DNA from: a virus | Taxonomy: Duplodnaviria; Caudoviricetes | Virus record (IMG/VR): IMGVR_UViG_3300036796_000277 | Location: 1 to 32,590 of that record | Reading direction: 5' to 3' (one strand) | Length of the DNA stretch: 32,590 nucleotides | Shown here: positions 5,947 to 14,662 of the stretch, piece after piece | Layout: each line of letters starts with the position of its first letter | Position numbering within the stretch: position 1 is the stretch's first letter | Program-made: the position numbers and the translations under genes | The notes under the pieces: model-generated | What the model was told of the DNA's origin: nothing | Database searches by the model: none | The model's input: only the letters and a program-made list of their open reading frames with translations

Positions 5947-8203
5947 AGACACTCCTGTCATAAAAAAGGCTGTGAAAGAGATTCATTATGCCTACGCATG
6001 GAATGTTCCAAAACCAGCAATCGCCAGCCCTTACCTAACCTATGCAGAAGAATACCGCCGCAACCGTATGTTTGCGGCGTTGTTACATGCAAGAAAATCC
6101 CTGGCGCTTCTGCCTGAGTGCGTGCGTTTTGATGTTTATCGCACTGCCGCAGTGCTGGAGCGTGAGCAGGGAAGTCAGCGAGCTAATGCCTTTTTAATCA
6201 GCTTTTGCAAAAGGGCATTGTCCCGCGTTGAGCTTGTTACCAAAAAATACCAGGTGACCGGCATTAATGCCGATGTTTCCAGTGCCGTGTTTGGCGGTCA
6301 ATTTGATACCGATATTATTCGCTATACCGCATCACGCATGGTCAACATGGTTAGCCGCTATAATCGCCTGCCGGATATGTCCCGCGCTGATGTGGATTTA
6401 CTGGCCGCTGATATTGCGAACTTTACCCGCGCCGAGATCGCAAACATTGACGACTCTGGATTCGGTGAGCTGAAAACGCTTTATACCTGGTACACCCGCG
6501 CCGGGTTAATTGCCCTGCAGTTCAATGTCACCCCGCCGCATTGGGATCGTGTCTTAAAAAAATACGTCAAGCAGGAAGATTTATCCCCGGCAGTTATCAA
6601 AATGTTTACTGAAACATGGTGGCGTGGCCGCCTGCGTCGTGTTGCGGCCTCCTGGCGCGAACACCTGCAAATCGCGGTCGGTAGCGTGAGCAAGAAAAAA
6701 CACGCTTACGCGAGTAAAAACTGCGTGGCTGACTGGCGCGAGCAAAAGCGCCGTACCCGCGAATTTCTTAAGGGACTTGAGCTTGAGGACGAGGACGGCA
6801 ACCGCATCAGCCTGATTGAAAAATATGACGGTTCTGTCGCTAACCCGGCGATTCGTCGCTGCGAGCTAATGACCCGCATCCGGGGCTTTGAAAATATTTG
6901 CAGTGGGCTCGGCTATGTTGGCGAGTTTTACACTATCACCGCGCCCTCGAAATACCACGCCACGACGAAAGCGGGCTACCGTAATACTAAATGGAACGGC
7001 TGCAGCCCGGCTGACACACAAGCCTATTTAACGGGTTTATGGGCGCGCATTCGTTCCAAACTGCACCGAGAAGAAATTCGCATATTTGGGATCCGAGTTG
7101 CCGAACCCCATCACGATGCCACCCCGCACTGGCATATGCTCATGTTTATGCTGCCGGAAGATGTTGAGCGTGTACGCGGCATCATTCGGGATTACGCATA
7201 TCAGGAAGATTTTGCAGAGCTGAGAAGCGACAAGGCCAGAAAGGCGCGTTTCCATGTTGAGGCTATCGACCCGGAAAAGGGCAGCGCGACAGGCTACATA
7301 GCTAAATACATTTCTAAAAACATTGATGGCTATGCGCTGGATGATGAGAAAGACGACGAAAGCGGCGAGCTGCTGAAAGAGACAGCCCCGGCAGTATCAG
7401 CCTGGGCGGCGCGCTGGCACATCCGTCAATTTCAGTTTGTGGGTGGTGCTCCGGTAACCGTTTATCGTGAATTGCGTCGCATGGCTGACCCGGAAACCGC
7501 TCACGGCTTAAGCGTCGAGTTTGCTGCTGTGCATGATGCCGCAGATGCCGGTGATTGGGCTGGCTATGTCAATGCGCAAGGTGGTCCGTTTGTGCGTCGT
7601 GATGATCTGCAGGTGCGCACGCTGTATGAGGCGCGCGAAGACCTAAACAAGTACGGAGAGGAAACCGTCTGCATTCGTGGCGTATACGACACCGCCATCG
7701 GCTCTGATTCGTCAATTTTAACCCGTCTTACACAATGGAAGATTGTCCCAAAACGTGCCACTGATTTGTCCGTTGAATTGGCCTTTGACGTTAAGGGCGC
7801 TCCAGCGCCCTCTCGGAGTTCTGTCAATAACTGTACGGGGAGCGATAGCGAGCCACCGGAGCTGGATTTATCAAAACCACTAAGCCGGAGTGAAAGACGG
7901 CGGCTGACTAGCCGGTTGAGAGAAGAAAAGCCGGTATCGAGGCGACAATTTACGCCAGGAACGGAAAAACAGGCCGCAGCGATAACGCGAACCATTGAGG
8001 AAATACACCAGGTAACCGGCGAAACCATCAGCAGGGGCGAGGCGTTGCACCTGATGGCCGGTGGCCGTGGACGCTTTGGCGATAAGTTATGCCGGGGATC
8101 CGCAAGTGGCGAAGTGTTTGCCGCTAAACCGTCTTACGATATGAAAACACAAGGGATCATGAGCCGCGTTTCGAGGTTGTCTGAGTCTGTAAGCAAAGTG
8201 TAA
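5918..8203 (+). CDS. A: Replication initiation protein A (HUH rolling-circle endonuclease)
   Basis: HUH motif PHWHMLM and catalytic tyrosines GYIAKYISKNI; start uncertain (GTG 5918, 5933 or 5972). Confidence 0.95.
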   Translation: MGSSSVNKDIDTPVIKKAVKEIHYAYAWNVPKPAIASPYLTYAEEYRRNRMFAALLHARKSLALLPECVRFDVYRTAAVLEREQGSQRANAFLISFCKRALSRVELVTKKYQVTGINADVSSAVFGGQFDTDIIRYTASRMVNMVSRYNRLPDMSRADVDLLAADIANFTRAEIANIDDSGFGELKTLYTWYTRAGLIALQFNVTPPHWDRVLKKYVKQEDLSPAVIKMFTETWWRGRLRRVAASWREHLQIAVGSVSKKKHAYASKNCVADWREQKRRTREFLKGLELEDEDGNRISLIEKYDGSVANPAIRRCELMTRIRGFENICSGLGYVGEFYTITAPSKYHATTKAGYRNTKWNGCSPADTQAYLTGLWARIRSKLHREEIRIFGIRVAEPHHDATPHWHMLMFMLPEDVERVRGIIRDYAYQEDFAELRSDKARKARFHVEAIDPEKGSATGYIAKYISKNIDGYALDDEKDDESGELLKETAPAVSAWAARWHIRQFQFVGGAPVTVYRELRRMADPETAHGLSVEFAAVHDAADAGDWAGYVNAQGGPFVRRDDLQVRTLYEAREDLNKYGEETVCIRGVYDTAIGSDSSILTRLTQWKIVPKRATDLSVELAFDVKGAPAPSRSSVNNCTGSDSEPPELDLSKPLSRSERRRLTSRLREEKPVSRRQFTPGTEKQAAAITRTIEEIHQVTGETISRGEALHLMAGGRGRFGDKLCRGSASGEVFAAKPSYDMKTQGIMSRVSRLSESVSKV
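7805..7836 (+). other. Rolling-circle origin within gene A
   Basis: CTCG^GAGTTCTGTCAATAACTGTAC matches the P2/186 ori; nick predicted between 7815 and 7816 by analogy. Confidence 0.8.
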
Positions 8204-8273
8204 AAATTAATCTGCATCAAATCATGTACATACAAAGAGTTAATTTCACTTTCAATTTTTTGTTACAGGATTA

Positions 8274-8293
8274 TACTGTATGAATGTACAGTA
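8274..8293 (+). promoter_or_regulatory. LexA (SOS) box overlapping the tum promoter
   Basis: TACTGTATGAATGTACAGTA = CTG-N10-CAG, overlapping -10-like TATACT at 8272-8277. Confidence 0.9.
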
Positions 8294-8310
8294 TCTTTTT
8301 TGGGGTTTTT

Positions 8311-8751
8311 GTGGATAGAGAGTTAAACGAGCACGTTATGATTGAGCGGGTCGAAATGATTGCGCGTCTGACTGCTGAGGGCGCTTGTCAGGAAAGAGAC
8401 CGTGAAATTGCGTTAAATTTGATTGCGGAGATAGCGAGAGGCAATCTAATGAAAAATAATAATTTTTCTGTTGTTTTCTCCGTGCCACCTGTTGATGCAT
8501 CCTATGCAAAAGAAGGCAAGGTGAAAGTTAACATTACGTTAGATAAAGGCCAGCAAATAGGTCAGTCGATTATTGATGCTTTCCAGTGTGAGCTGTCCAG
8601 GCGGATACAATCTGTTTTTCCATCAACATCCGTTACTGTCAAAAAAGGTTCTATAACTGGTGTCGAGCTGATGGGGTTCGATAAAGATTCTGACCGCGAA
8701 GCGCTGGATAGTATCCTTCAAGAAGTTTGGGAAGATGAGAGTTGGCGTTAA
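8311..8751 (+). CDS. tum: Tum SOS-induced antirepressor with C-terminal DinI-like domain
   Basis: 146 aa from GTG 8311 (MDRELNEHVMIERVEMIARL...ILQEVWEDESW); LexA box upstream; 186 synteny. Confidence 0.88.
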   Translation: MDRELNEHVMIERVEMIARLTAEGACQERDREIALNLIAEIARGNLMKNNNFSVVFSVPPVDASYAKEGKVKVNITLDKGQQIGQSIIDAFQCELSRRIQSVFPSTSVTVKKGSITGVELMGFDKDSDREALDSILQEVWEDESWR

Positions 8752-8759
8752 ATAAATTC

Positions 8760-8789
8760 ATTCCCCCCATGGTATATCATGGGGGGAAT
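8760..8789. terminator. Hairpin between convergent tum and DUF262 genes (probable bidirectional terminator)
   Basis: ATTCCCCCCATG-gtatat-CATGGGGGGAAT, perfect 12-bp stem with AT-rich flanks. Confidence 0.75.
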
Positions 8790-8810
8790 TATTAAAAATA
8801 GCCTCTCGTT

Positions 8811-10529
8811 CTAAATGAGAGTCGTGCTATGGTACAACTGATTCGCTATCAATTCAGTTCTGTTTTTTATTTCAACTTCATCCCACTTTGAACTTGATAT
8901 GTAGGTTTGTTTTAGTGGGTAACCTTTTTCCACTAAGGTTTTAAATTTTTCCTCAATGCTGGCATCTTTCAAAATATTATTATTGGTTGACTCATCAATG
9001 AGTAATAAATTCCCAATGCAACCGACTATCTCTGGTGGTACTCCAGATTTTATAGCTGACTCTGGGATGTAGTGCTCTATAGTTAGAAGTTTATGATTTA
9101 TATTTAAACATGAAATGGCTTCGCCAAGTTGTTTGGATAGGATGTATTTTATTGCATTTTTACTTCTTGTTTTATTAGAGAGGTAATTAAGTTCAATGAA
9201 GTTAACCTTAAATTCCTCATAGCGAGGAAGTTTCATTGCTAGAGCTGTGAATAGAGATTTCAGAATTGATTGTATCTCGTCATGTGAGGTCGCATGTGTG
9301 AGTTTTATTGCATGTTCAGAGTACGTTGTTGCAATTGAGCCAGAAGAACGCTGTGAAGTTATTGAGTTGAATACGAAATGGAAGTATTCAATCTTATCAA
9401 GACATTGCTTGAACATTTTTAAGGTGATTTTGTTCTCTTTCCAAGCCCTTGTGAGAGCAAGTGTCATCGATGATTGTTGTTTGACTTTAAATGAATTGAG
9501 ATTTTCAAAAACATCTTTAATTTTTAAATCTTGTTTGCTCCACTGTATGCTATCAGGGTTATTGATCATTTTATAATAATCAGCGCAATTAATTATGGTT
9601 CTAAGTAGTGTTTCTGCCTTTGAATTGTCATCGCCCAAGTATTCTTTGATTTCAGAGAAAAGCTTCTTATCGGTAGTATATTGATGCTCTGATAACCAAT
9701 AGTGAAGAAGGTAGTTGTCTAATACATTTTCTCCAGAATCAATATCAAATTTTGAGACCAAGCTATTCCATGATGTTTTTGCTGAATCATATCGAGTATT
9801 GTTAGAGCGTAATTTTTTCAAGAATAGGTTTTTAACTAGATCTGATGTTTTTAAATCGCGTCCACGAGCATTTAATGTCTCGAAAATCAAGTAGGCATCA
9901 TCTTCATTGTCAAGCTGTATAAAAACTAGTTTCAATGCAAGTATTTTATCTCTTATGTCTTTTAATTTCTGAATTGGGCTGTTAACGTCATCATGAAAAA
10001 GTTCAATTTGATTTGTCGGTTCTGACTGGATCTCAGGTATTAGTTTTGTTATTTTGTCACGAATAAGGTTGTATGCGTTTTCTAGATTCTTTTCCTCAAT
10101 GCCAATGTCATCTGTAATATTTTCCTTTTTAAAAGATTGAATTACACCATGAAGGAAGGGAAACGAGGTTTCAGCATTTAGGATAAATTCATTTTCATTA
10201 TCAACATTCGCCTTTTCAATGTACATGTGAATGCCCTTCGCTAAGTTATCTTGCTTAAGCTGTATGAAGGAGTCTCTTATAACTGATAAAATTATAGTGA
10301 TTGTTGTTAGCCTTTGCTGGCCGTCAACAATGCCAAAATAGGGTTTTGCTGATTGAAATACAACCATTGAACCAATGAAGTAATTTTCATCTTTATTTTT
10401 GGTTATATCCTCCCAGAAATTTTCAACTTCGTCTTTTTCCCAAGAATATGGTCTTTGAAATCTAGGTATTTTAAAGTAACCAGAGGAAAAAATGTCTTGA
10501 ATTTCTTTATCGTTAGCTTCTATTTTCAT
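8811..10529 (-). CDS. DUF262-DUF1524 (GmrSD-like) protein, putative modification-dependent restriction nuclease
   Basis: IPRFQRPYSW, VDGQQRLTT and FETLNARG (DUF262); TIEHYIP...IGNLLLI...N (DUF1524 HNH); AT-rich; P2 A-cos cargo hotspot. Confidence 0.88.
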   Translation of the reverse strand: MKIEANDKEIQDIFSSGYFKIPRFQRPYSWEKDEVENFWEDITKNKDENYFIGSMVVFQSAKPYFGIVDGQQRLTTITIILSVIRDSFIQLKQDNLAKGIHMYIEKANVDNENEFILNAETSFPFLHGVIQSFKKENITDDIGIEEKNLENAYNLIRDKITKLIPEIQSEPTNQIELFHDDVNSPIQKLKDIRDKILALKLVFIQLDNEDDAYLIFETLNARGRDLKTSDLVKNLFLKKLRSNNTRYDSAKTSWNSLVSKFDIDSGENVLDNYLLHYWLSEHQYTTDKKLFSEIKEYLGDDNSKAETLLRTIINCADYYKMINNPDSIQWSKQDLKIKDVFENLNSFKVKQQSSMTLALTRAWKENKITLKMFKQCLDKIEYFHFVFNSITSQRSSGSIATTYSEHAIKLTHATSHDEIQSILKSLFTALAMKLPRYEEFKVNFIELNYLSNKTRSKNAIKYILSKQLGEAISCLNINHKLLTIEHYIPESAIKSGVPPEIVGCIGNLLLIDESTNNNILKDASIEEKFKTLVEKGYPLKQTYISSSKWDEVEIKNRTELIANQLYHSTTLI

Positions 10530-10574
10530 GATAAGCCTTAGTCGTAAGTGTAAGTAAGCGGGCTTTGTCTGTTC

Positions 10575-11006
10575 TTAAGCGGTCAAGGTGTTTAAACCAA
10601 GGGTTAGGAGATTGTTTACTGCACCGGCAATGACTCCTGGAGTACCGTCTTTCACAGCACTGATAATTTTATCACCCATCGTCTCATTGCCTCCGAGTGC
10701 CTCGGGCTTTTTGTTGAGCACCGCAAGTGCTTTCTCAGTCAGTCTGACTTCGCTGAAATGTGTCTGGTGATTGGTTTTGAAATGGATGTACCCATTTTCA
10801 CCGAGAAAAGTGAATGTGCCATCAATCACACTTCGCAATTCATTAAATGCTTTCATCTTGGGTGAGTTAAGTTGCTCAAACCAGTCATCAGGAAGTGCGG
10901 CGTTAAATTTCTCATAGCTTATTACCTGCGGTACGGGAAAGTTTTCCCATAAAACAGCAAAGATTTCCGCCGCCTGTTGGTTAAATAAATCGAGGTTTTT
11001 AGACAT
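10575..11006 (-). CDS. Hypothetical protein, winged-helix-like
   Basis: 143 aa from ATG 11006 (MSKNLDLF); FLGENGYI...VRLTEKAL resembles a wHTH wing; 45 nt upstream of and co-oriented with the DUF262 gene. Confidence 0.65.
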   Translation of the reverse strand: MSKNLDLFNQQAAEIFAVLWENFPVPQVISYEKFNAALPDDWFEQLNSPKMKAFNELRSVIDGTFTFLGENGYIHFKTNHQTHFSEVRLTEKALAVLNKKPEALGGNETMGDKIISAVKDGTPGVIAGAVNNLLTLGLNTLTA

Positions 11007-11199
11007 GCAAAATTCCATTTCTTCAGATGGTGAGTGGCTTAAGCGCTGGTCGAATCGTATTACTTGTCTGGCGCTGAACAATGACCTGAGCTCACGAGAG
11101 GTTAACGCGTATACCGACAAACTGGTCGAGCAGGCGAGCAATATTGAACTTGGTCAGGTCGTCAAAGACTTACTAAATCACATCAGAATGCACAAATAA
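11005..11199 (+). CDS. Small hypothetical helical protein
   Basis: 64 aa; GAGGT RBS upstream of ATG 11005; + strand terminator downstream at 11324-11349. Confidence 0.45.
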   Translation: MQNSISSDGEWLKRWSNRITCLALNNDLSSREVNAYTDKLVEQASNIELGQVVKDLLNHIRMHK

Positions 11200-11323
11200 A
11201 AGGATCTTTATCAACATATTAACTTGATTTAGGCGAGTCCGGGACTACCTGTCAGGTAACGGATATCGCTAGCAGACATATAAACAGCATCATTCGAGCA
11301 TTTCGCGGCGAATAATCACAGAC

Positions 11324-11349
11324 CCGGCACCGAAAGTGTCGGTTTTTTT
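11324..11349 (+). terminator. Rho-independent terminator
   Basis: CCGGCAC-cgaaa-GTGTCGG followed by T7. Confidence 0.75.
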
Positions 11350-11499
11350 ATGCTATTTCCCGTGATTTTGGGACATGCATGCATTAGGTGAGTGAGTTTG
11401 CATGTGACGACTTGGATTTTGTTGGCCCTTTCTCACCAGCACTGGCGCGGCTCCGGCCTGTTCATGCAACTGCATTAAAAGCGACCCCTAAAGCGGGCA

Positions 11500-11518
11500 G
11501 GCGTGGCGGGGAAAGCAT
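11500..11518 (+). other. cos cohesive end (19 nt)
   Basis: GGCGTGGCGGGGAAAGCAT matches the recalled 186-type 19-nt cohesive end; located next to the portal gene end. Confidence 0.9.
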
Positions 11519-11660
11519 TGCGCGCTGAGGCCGGTATTTAATTATTATTTTTCGGCCTGAGCGAGGCGCTGTGGCGTCGACGTGGGGGCGGTCGGATTGC
11601 GAGGCGGTGACGGGGTTCGGTGGCGTGTCGTGCGTCTGAGGCGGTCTGAGGGTGGGGGGT

Positions 11661-11683
11661 AAAAAAGCCGCTCTGAGGCGGCT
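11661..11683 (-). terminator. Terminator of the P-Q operon
   Basis: Minus strand AGCCGC-ctcaga-GCGGCT then T-run, 12 nt after the Q stop. Confidence 0.75.
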
Positions 11684-11695
11684 GTGGTGGATGGG

Positions 11696-12727
11696 TCAGT
11701 CGTCCTCAAGTGAGTATTTTTTGAATCTGATAATTTCCTCCCCCGCCCACTCGTTAAGCTCCATGAAACGCGCCTGCAGTGGGGACAGCTCGTTACGCAC
11801 AAAGACCTTTGCCACTTTCTCAATATCGCCCATTGAACCGATGTTCTCGGGCTTGCCGCCCATGAGCTGGAACGGGATCCTGTGCGCGTCGAGTAAGTCG
11901 GCGGCGCTGGCCTTTTTGATATTGAAAAAATCGTCTTTGGTTGCCACCTCGCTGAGCGGCACGATTTTAATGCCGTCAGGTTTTCCGTTTGGGGCGTAGA
12001 AAAACAGGTTTTTAAAATTGCCGAGCCCTTTCGAATCACGCATAGAACGGCGCAGCGCTTCAACGTCGGTGCTGCTCTGCGCGGCGTCGGTCACATACAT
12101 GATGTAACCGGCGTGCGCGCCGTTCTGGTAATACTTGCGACGGAACAGCGTCGCCGACTCATTCAGCCAGGCTGAATTTAATGCGCTGAGGTATTCCGGC
12201 ATCCCATAAAGCTCCTGATTAATATCAGGCTCCATCAGGTGAAACACCGAGCCCGCCGCGTACTGGTGCGGCTTGTTGAAGTCCTGCAAAAACCAGTACG
12301 TGTCCTGCTCCACGCCGCGCCGGGTGTATTTGGCCGGGGACGTCTCAAAGCGCAGCGCCTTGTTGCTCAAACTCTGCCGTTTTTCCAGAAAGCCATTGCC
12401 GAACACCAGAAAATCCAGCGCAAGGCGGCTAAAGTCCTGACTGGAGAGCTTCGGGTGTGGGATGTACGTCGACACCAGAATATTACGCTTAACGTAAATC
12501 GGTGAGCTGTGATGCACGGCGGCGCGCATGGTTTTCGCCAGGCCGGAGAAACTCACCGGCGGCTCGTACCACTTCCCGTTATGGGCGCATTCCAGATAGT
12601 CGAAAATTTCCCGACGGTCTAGCACCGGCGTCGGCTCCCCGAAGGTAAACGCCTCCATGTTCTGGGAAGGGGAGGCGGTATGCTGCTGCGCTTTTGCCGG
12701 GCGCTGGCCTTTATATTTTTTTTTCAT
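11696..12727 (-). CDS. Q: Portal protein
   Basis: AFTFGEP, HHSSPIYVKRN, RRKYYQNGAHAG, GNFKNLFFYAPNGK. Confidence 0.96.
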   Translation of the reverse strand: MKKKYKGQRPAKAQQHTASPSQNMEAFTFGEPTPVLDRREIFDYLECAHNGKWYEPPVSFSGLAKTMRAAVHHSSPIYVKRNILVSTYIPHPKLSSQDFSRLALDFLVFGNGFLEKRQSLSNKALRFETSPAKYTRRGVEQDTYWFLQDFNKPHQYAAGSVFHLMEPDINQELYGMPEYLSALNSAWLNESATLFRRKYYQNGAHAGYIMYVTDAAQSSTDVEALRRSMRDSKGLGNFKNLFFYAPNGKPDGIKIVPLSEVATKDDFFNIKKASAADLLDAHRIPFQLMGGKPENIGSMGDIEKVAKVFVRNELSPLQARFMELNEWAGEEIIRFKKYSLEDD

Positions 12728-14496
12728 CAGTAGAATTCCAGAATGGAGGAGGACGCCTGGCCGCTGGCGGCGGTCAGTGGTTCGTTGATTAATACGTGCA
12801 TGGTTGCCCAGGCTAAATCGGCGTGGCTCGCCTCTTCGGTGCGGCTGGCTTCATAGGTGGAGCTGCGCCCGCTGCTGGTCATAGTTTTGCGGATAGACAT
12901 AAACGACTGCGTGATATCCGTCGCGCCGACGTCGTATTCCAGACAGCCGCGGCGAATAGTGTCTTTTGCCTTGAGCACCATCGCGGTTTTCATTTCCGGC
13001 GTGTAGCGAATCTCTCGCGCTGCCGGGTAGAACGAGCGCACGAGCTGGTAAACACCCTGGCCGAGGCCGGTGGCGTCAATGCCGATGTACTCCACGTTAT
13101 ATTTTTGCGTCAGCGCCCGGATTGACTCGGCCTGTGTGGCAAAGTCCATGCCTTTCCACTGATGACGCTCAAGAATGCGGAACTTGCCCCCGGCGACAAC
13201 CGGCGGCGCGATGACCACGCAGCCGGCACTATCACCGCGCAGTGACGGGTCGTATCCAATCCATACCACACGATGGCCGAATGGCCGGTCGGCGTAAGGC
13301 TCGACGTCCTCCCATTCTTCCATGCTGTCGACCATGCAGCGCTGCAGCTCCTCGAACGGAAACACCGAGGCTTTATCGTCGACAAACTCGCACATAAACA
13401 GGTTGCGGAAATCATCGGCGCTGTTTTCCTGTTTCAGCGTGTCCAGGTCAAACAGGGTACAGCCCCCGGCGAGCGCGTCCTTGATGGTGACAATCTGCCG
13501 CCACTGACCATCGGCGCAGGCCGCGCCACGCGCTAATGCAGTGTGGCTGATATCAATCTCTACACGCTCGCTGGTACTGGCGCGCCCCCGGTTAAACAGT
13601 TCGCCCGACCAGAACGGATAAGCGCCGTGGCCGAGGGATGATGGTGTCGAAAAATAGGTCGTGCGGAGGTGTTTTTGTGAGGCCATGCCCGAGGCGACTT
13701 TGCGCAGCCGCTGGAAATTCGGTATCCAGAAAATCTCGTCGACATACAAATCACCGTTATGGCTCTGCGCGGTATTGGAGTTGGTGCCGAGGAAAATCAG
13801 TTTTGCGCCGTTGTTGCCAATCACTACCGGGTCGCCGGTCAGGTCGACTTCGACCAGGCGCGCAAACTGAACGATGTATTCGCGGAACACATACGCCTGC
13901 GTCTTGCTGGCCGACAGGAAAATTTGATTGTTCCCGGTTTTGAGCGCGCGCAGCAGTGCCTCGCGCGCAAAATAGAACGTTGCCCCAATCTGGCGGGATT
14001 TGAGAATGTCCCGAATGCGGTGCGCCAGGCCAGCTCTGTACCATTCGAGTTGATATTCGAAAGACTGGTCGAAAAAAAGCTCTTCCAGCTTCGCTATCGC
14101 CTCATCGCTGAAATAGTTCTTCTTCGGCTGCTTGCGATCCCCTTTATTCCTGTTCGCTACCTTCGGATTTAAGTCAGCTTCATTTCCCGTCTGGCCGTAG
14201 CGATTTACGCGTGCCAGTCGCTCCATTTGCCGCGCCAGAAAATCGGCGACTTTGAAGTCGTGCGCCGTGAGGTCGGGTTTAGCGTAAAGCTGAATCAGCC
14301 GCGCCTCGAGCGTGCTCTCAACCCGGTTAAGCGGGGCTGTTTCATCCCACTGGTCGCGCTGCTTCCAGCTCTGCACCGTGGGGCGTTTGGTTTGCAGCAT
14401 TTCCGCGATTTGCGGCACGGAAAAGCCCTGCCAGTACAAAAGCGCGGCCTGTCGTCGCGGGTCGCTGAGGATGGATGTGTCGGTCGTGATGTTCAT
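12727..14496 (-). CDS. P: Terminase ATPase subunit
   Basis: DPRRQAALLYWQG, Walker A-like LKSRQIGAT, Walker B LYVDE, nuclease GYDP. Confidence 0.96.
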   Translation of the reverse strand: MNITTDTSILSDPRRQAALLYWQGFSVPQIAEMLQTKRPTVQSWKQRDQWDETAPLNRVESTLEARLIQLYAKPDLTAHDFKVADFLARQMERLARVNRYGQTGNEADLNPKVANRNKGDRKQPKKNYFSDEAIAKLEELFFDQSFEYQLEWYRAGLAHRIRDILKSRQIGATFYFAREALLRALKTGNNQIFLSASKTQAYVFREYIVQFARLVEVDLTGDPVVIGNNGAKLIFLGTNSNTAQSHNGDLYVDEIFWIPNFQRLRKVASGMASQKHLRTTYFSTPSSLGHGAYPFWSGELFNRGRASTSERVEIDISHTALARGAACADGQWRQIVTIKDALAGGCTLFDLDTLKQENSADDFRNLFMCEFVDDKASVFPFEELQRCMVDSMEEWEDVEPYADRPFGHRVVWIGYDPSLRGDSAGCVVIAPPVVAGGKFRILERHQWKGMDFATQAESIRALTQKYNVEYIGIDATGLGQGVYQLVRSFYPAAREIRYTPEMKTAMVLKAKDTIRRGCLEYDVGATDITQSFMSIRKTMTSSGRSSTYEASRTEEASHADLAWATMHVLINEPLTAASGQASSSILEFY

Positions 14497-14564
14497 GAAT
14501 GCCTCGCCGTGGTTGATACCAGGGCAAGGCTAAAGAAACGGGGGGGCTTATTCGCTAAGCCCCT

Positions 14565-14584
14565 GTTGTGTCAGGCGTTGCACT
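14565..14584. promoter_or_regulatory. Putative Ogr-activated late promoter element between divergent P and O
   Basis: TGT-N12-ACT (14567-14584), close to P2 TGT-N12-ACA; GTTGTRYCA core also present upstream of V and FI. Confidence 0.5.
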
Positions 14585-14662
14585 TCCGTAACGGGTGGCT
14601 GGCGTGGGTCTGAGTCGGGAAACTAAGCCCGAACCCATCACCCACAATCAGGACTCCTGAAC

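Noticed and set aside
8284-8310. Upstream ATG start for tum given by the ORF track
   Set aside because: The ATG lies inside the LexA box just after the -10 element; GTG 8311 fits the Tum N-terminus
8811-10529. Calling the DUF262 gene sspE or brxU
   Set aside because: No phosphorothioation or BREX genes nearby, and the subfamily cannot be resolved without an HMM search
11545-12063. 172-aa minus-strand ORF overlapping the portal 3' end
   Set aside because: Alternative frame of Q that runs through the Q terminator; low-complexity Arg/Pro/Ser sequence
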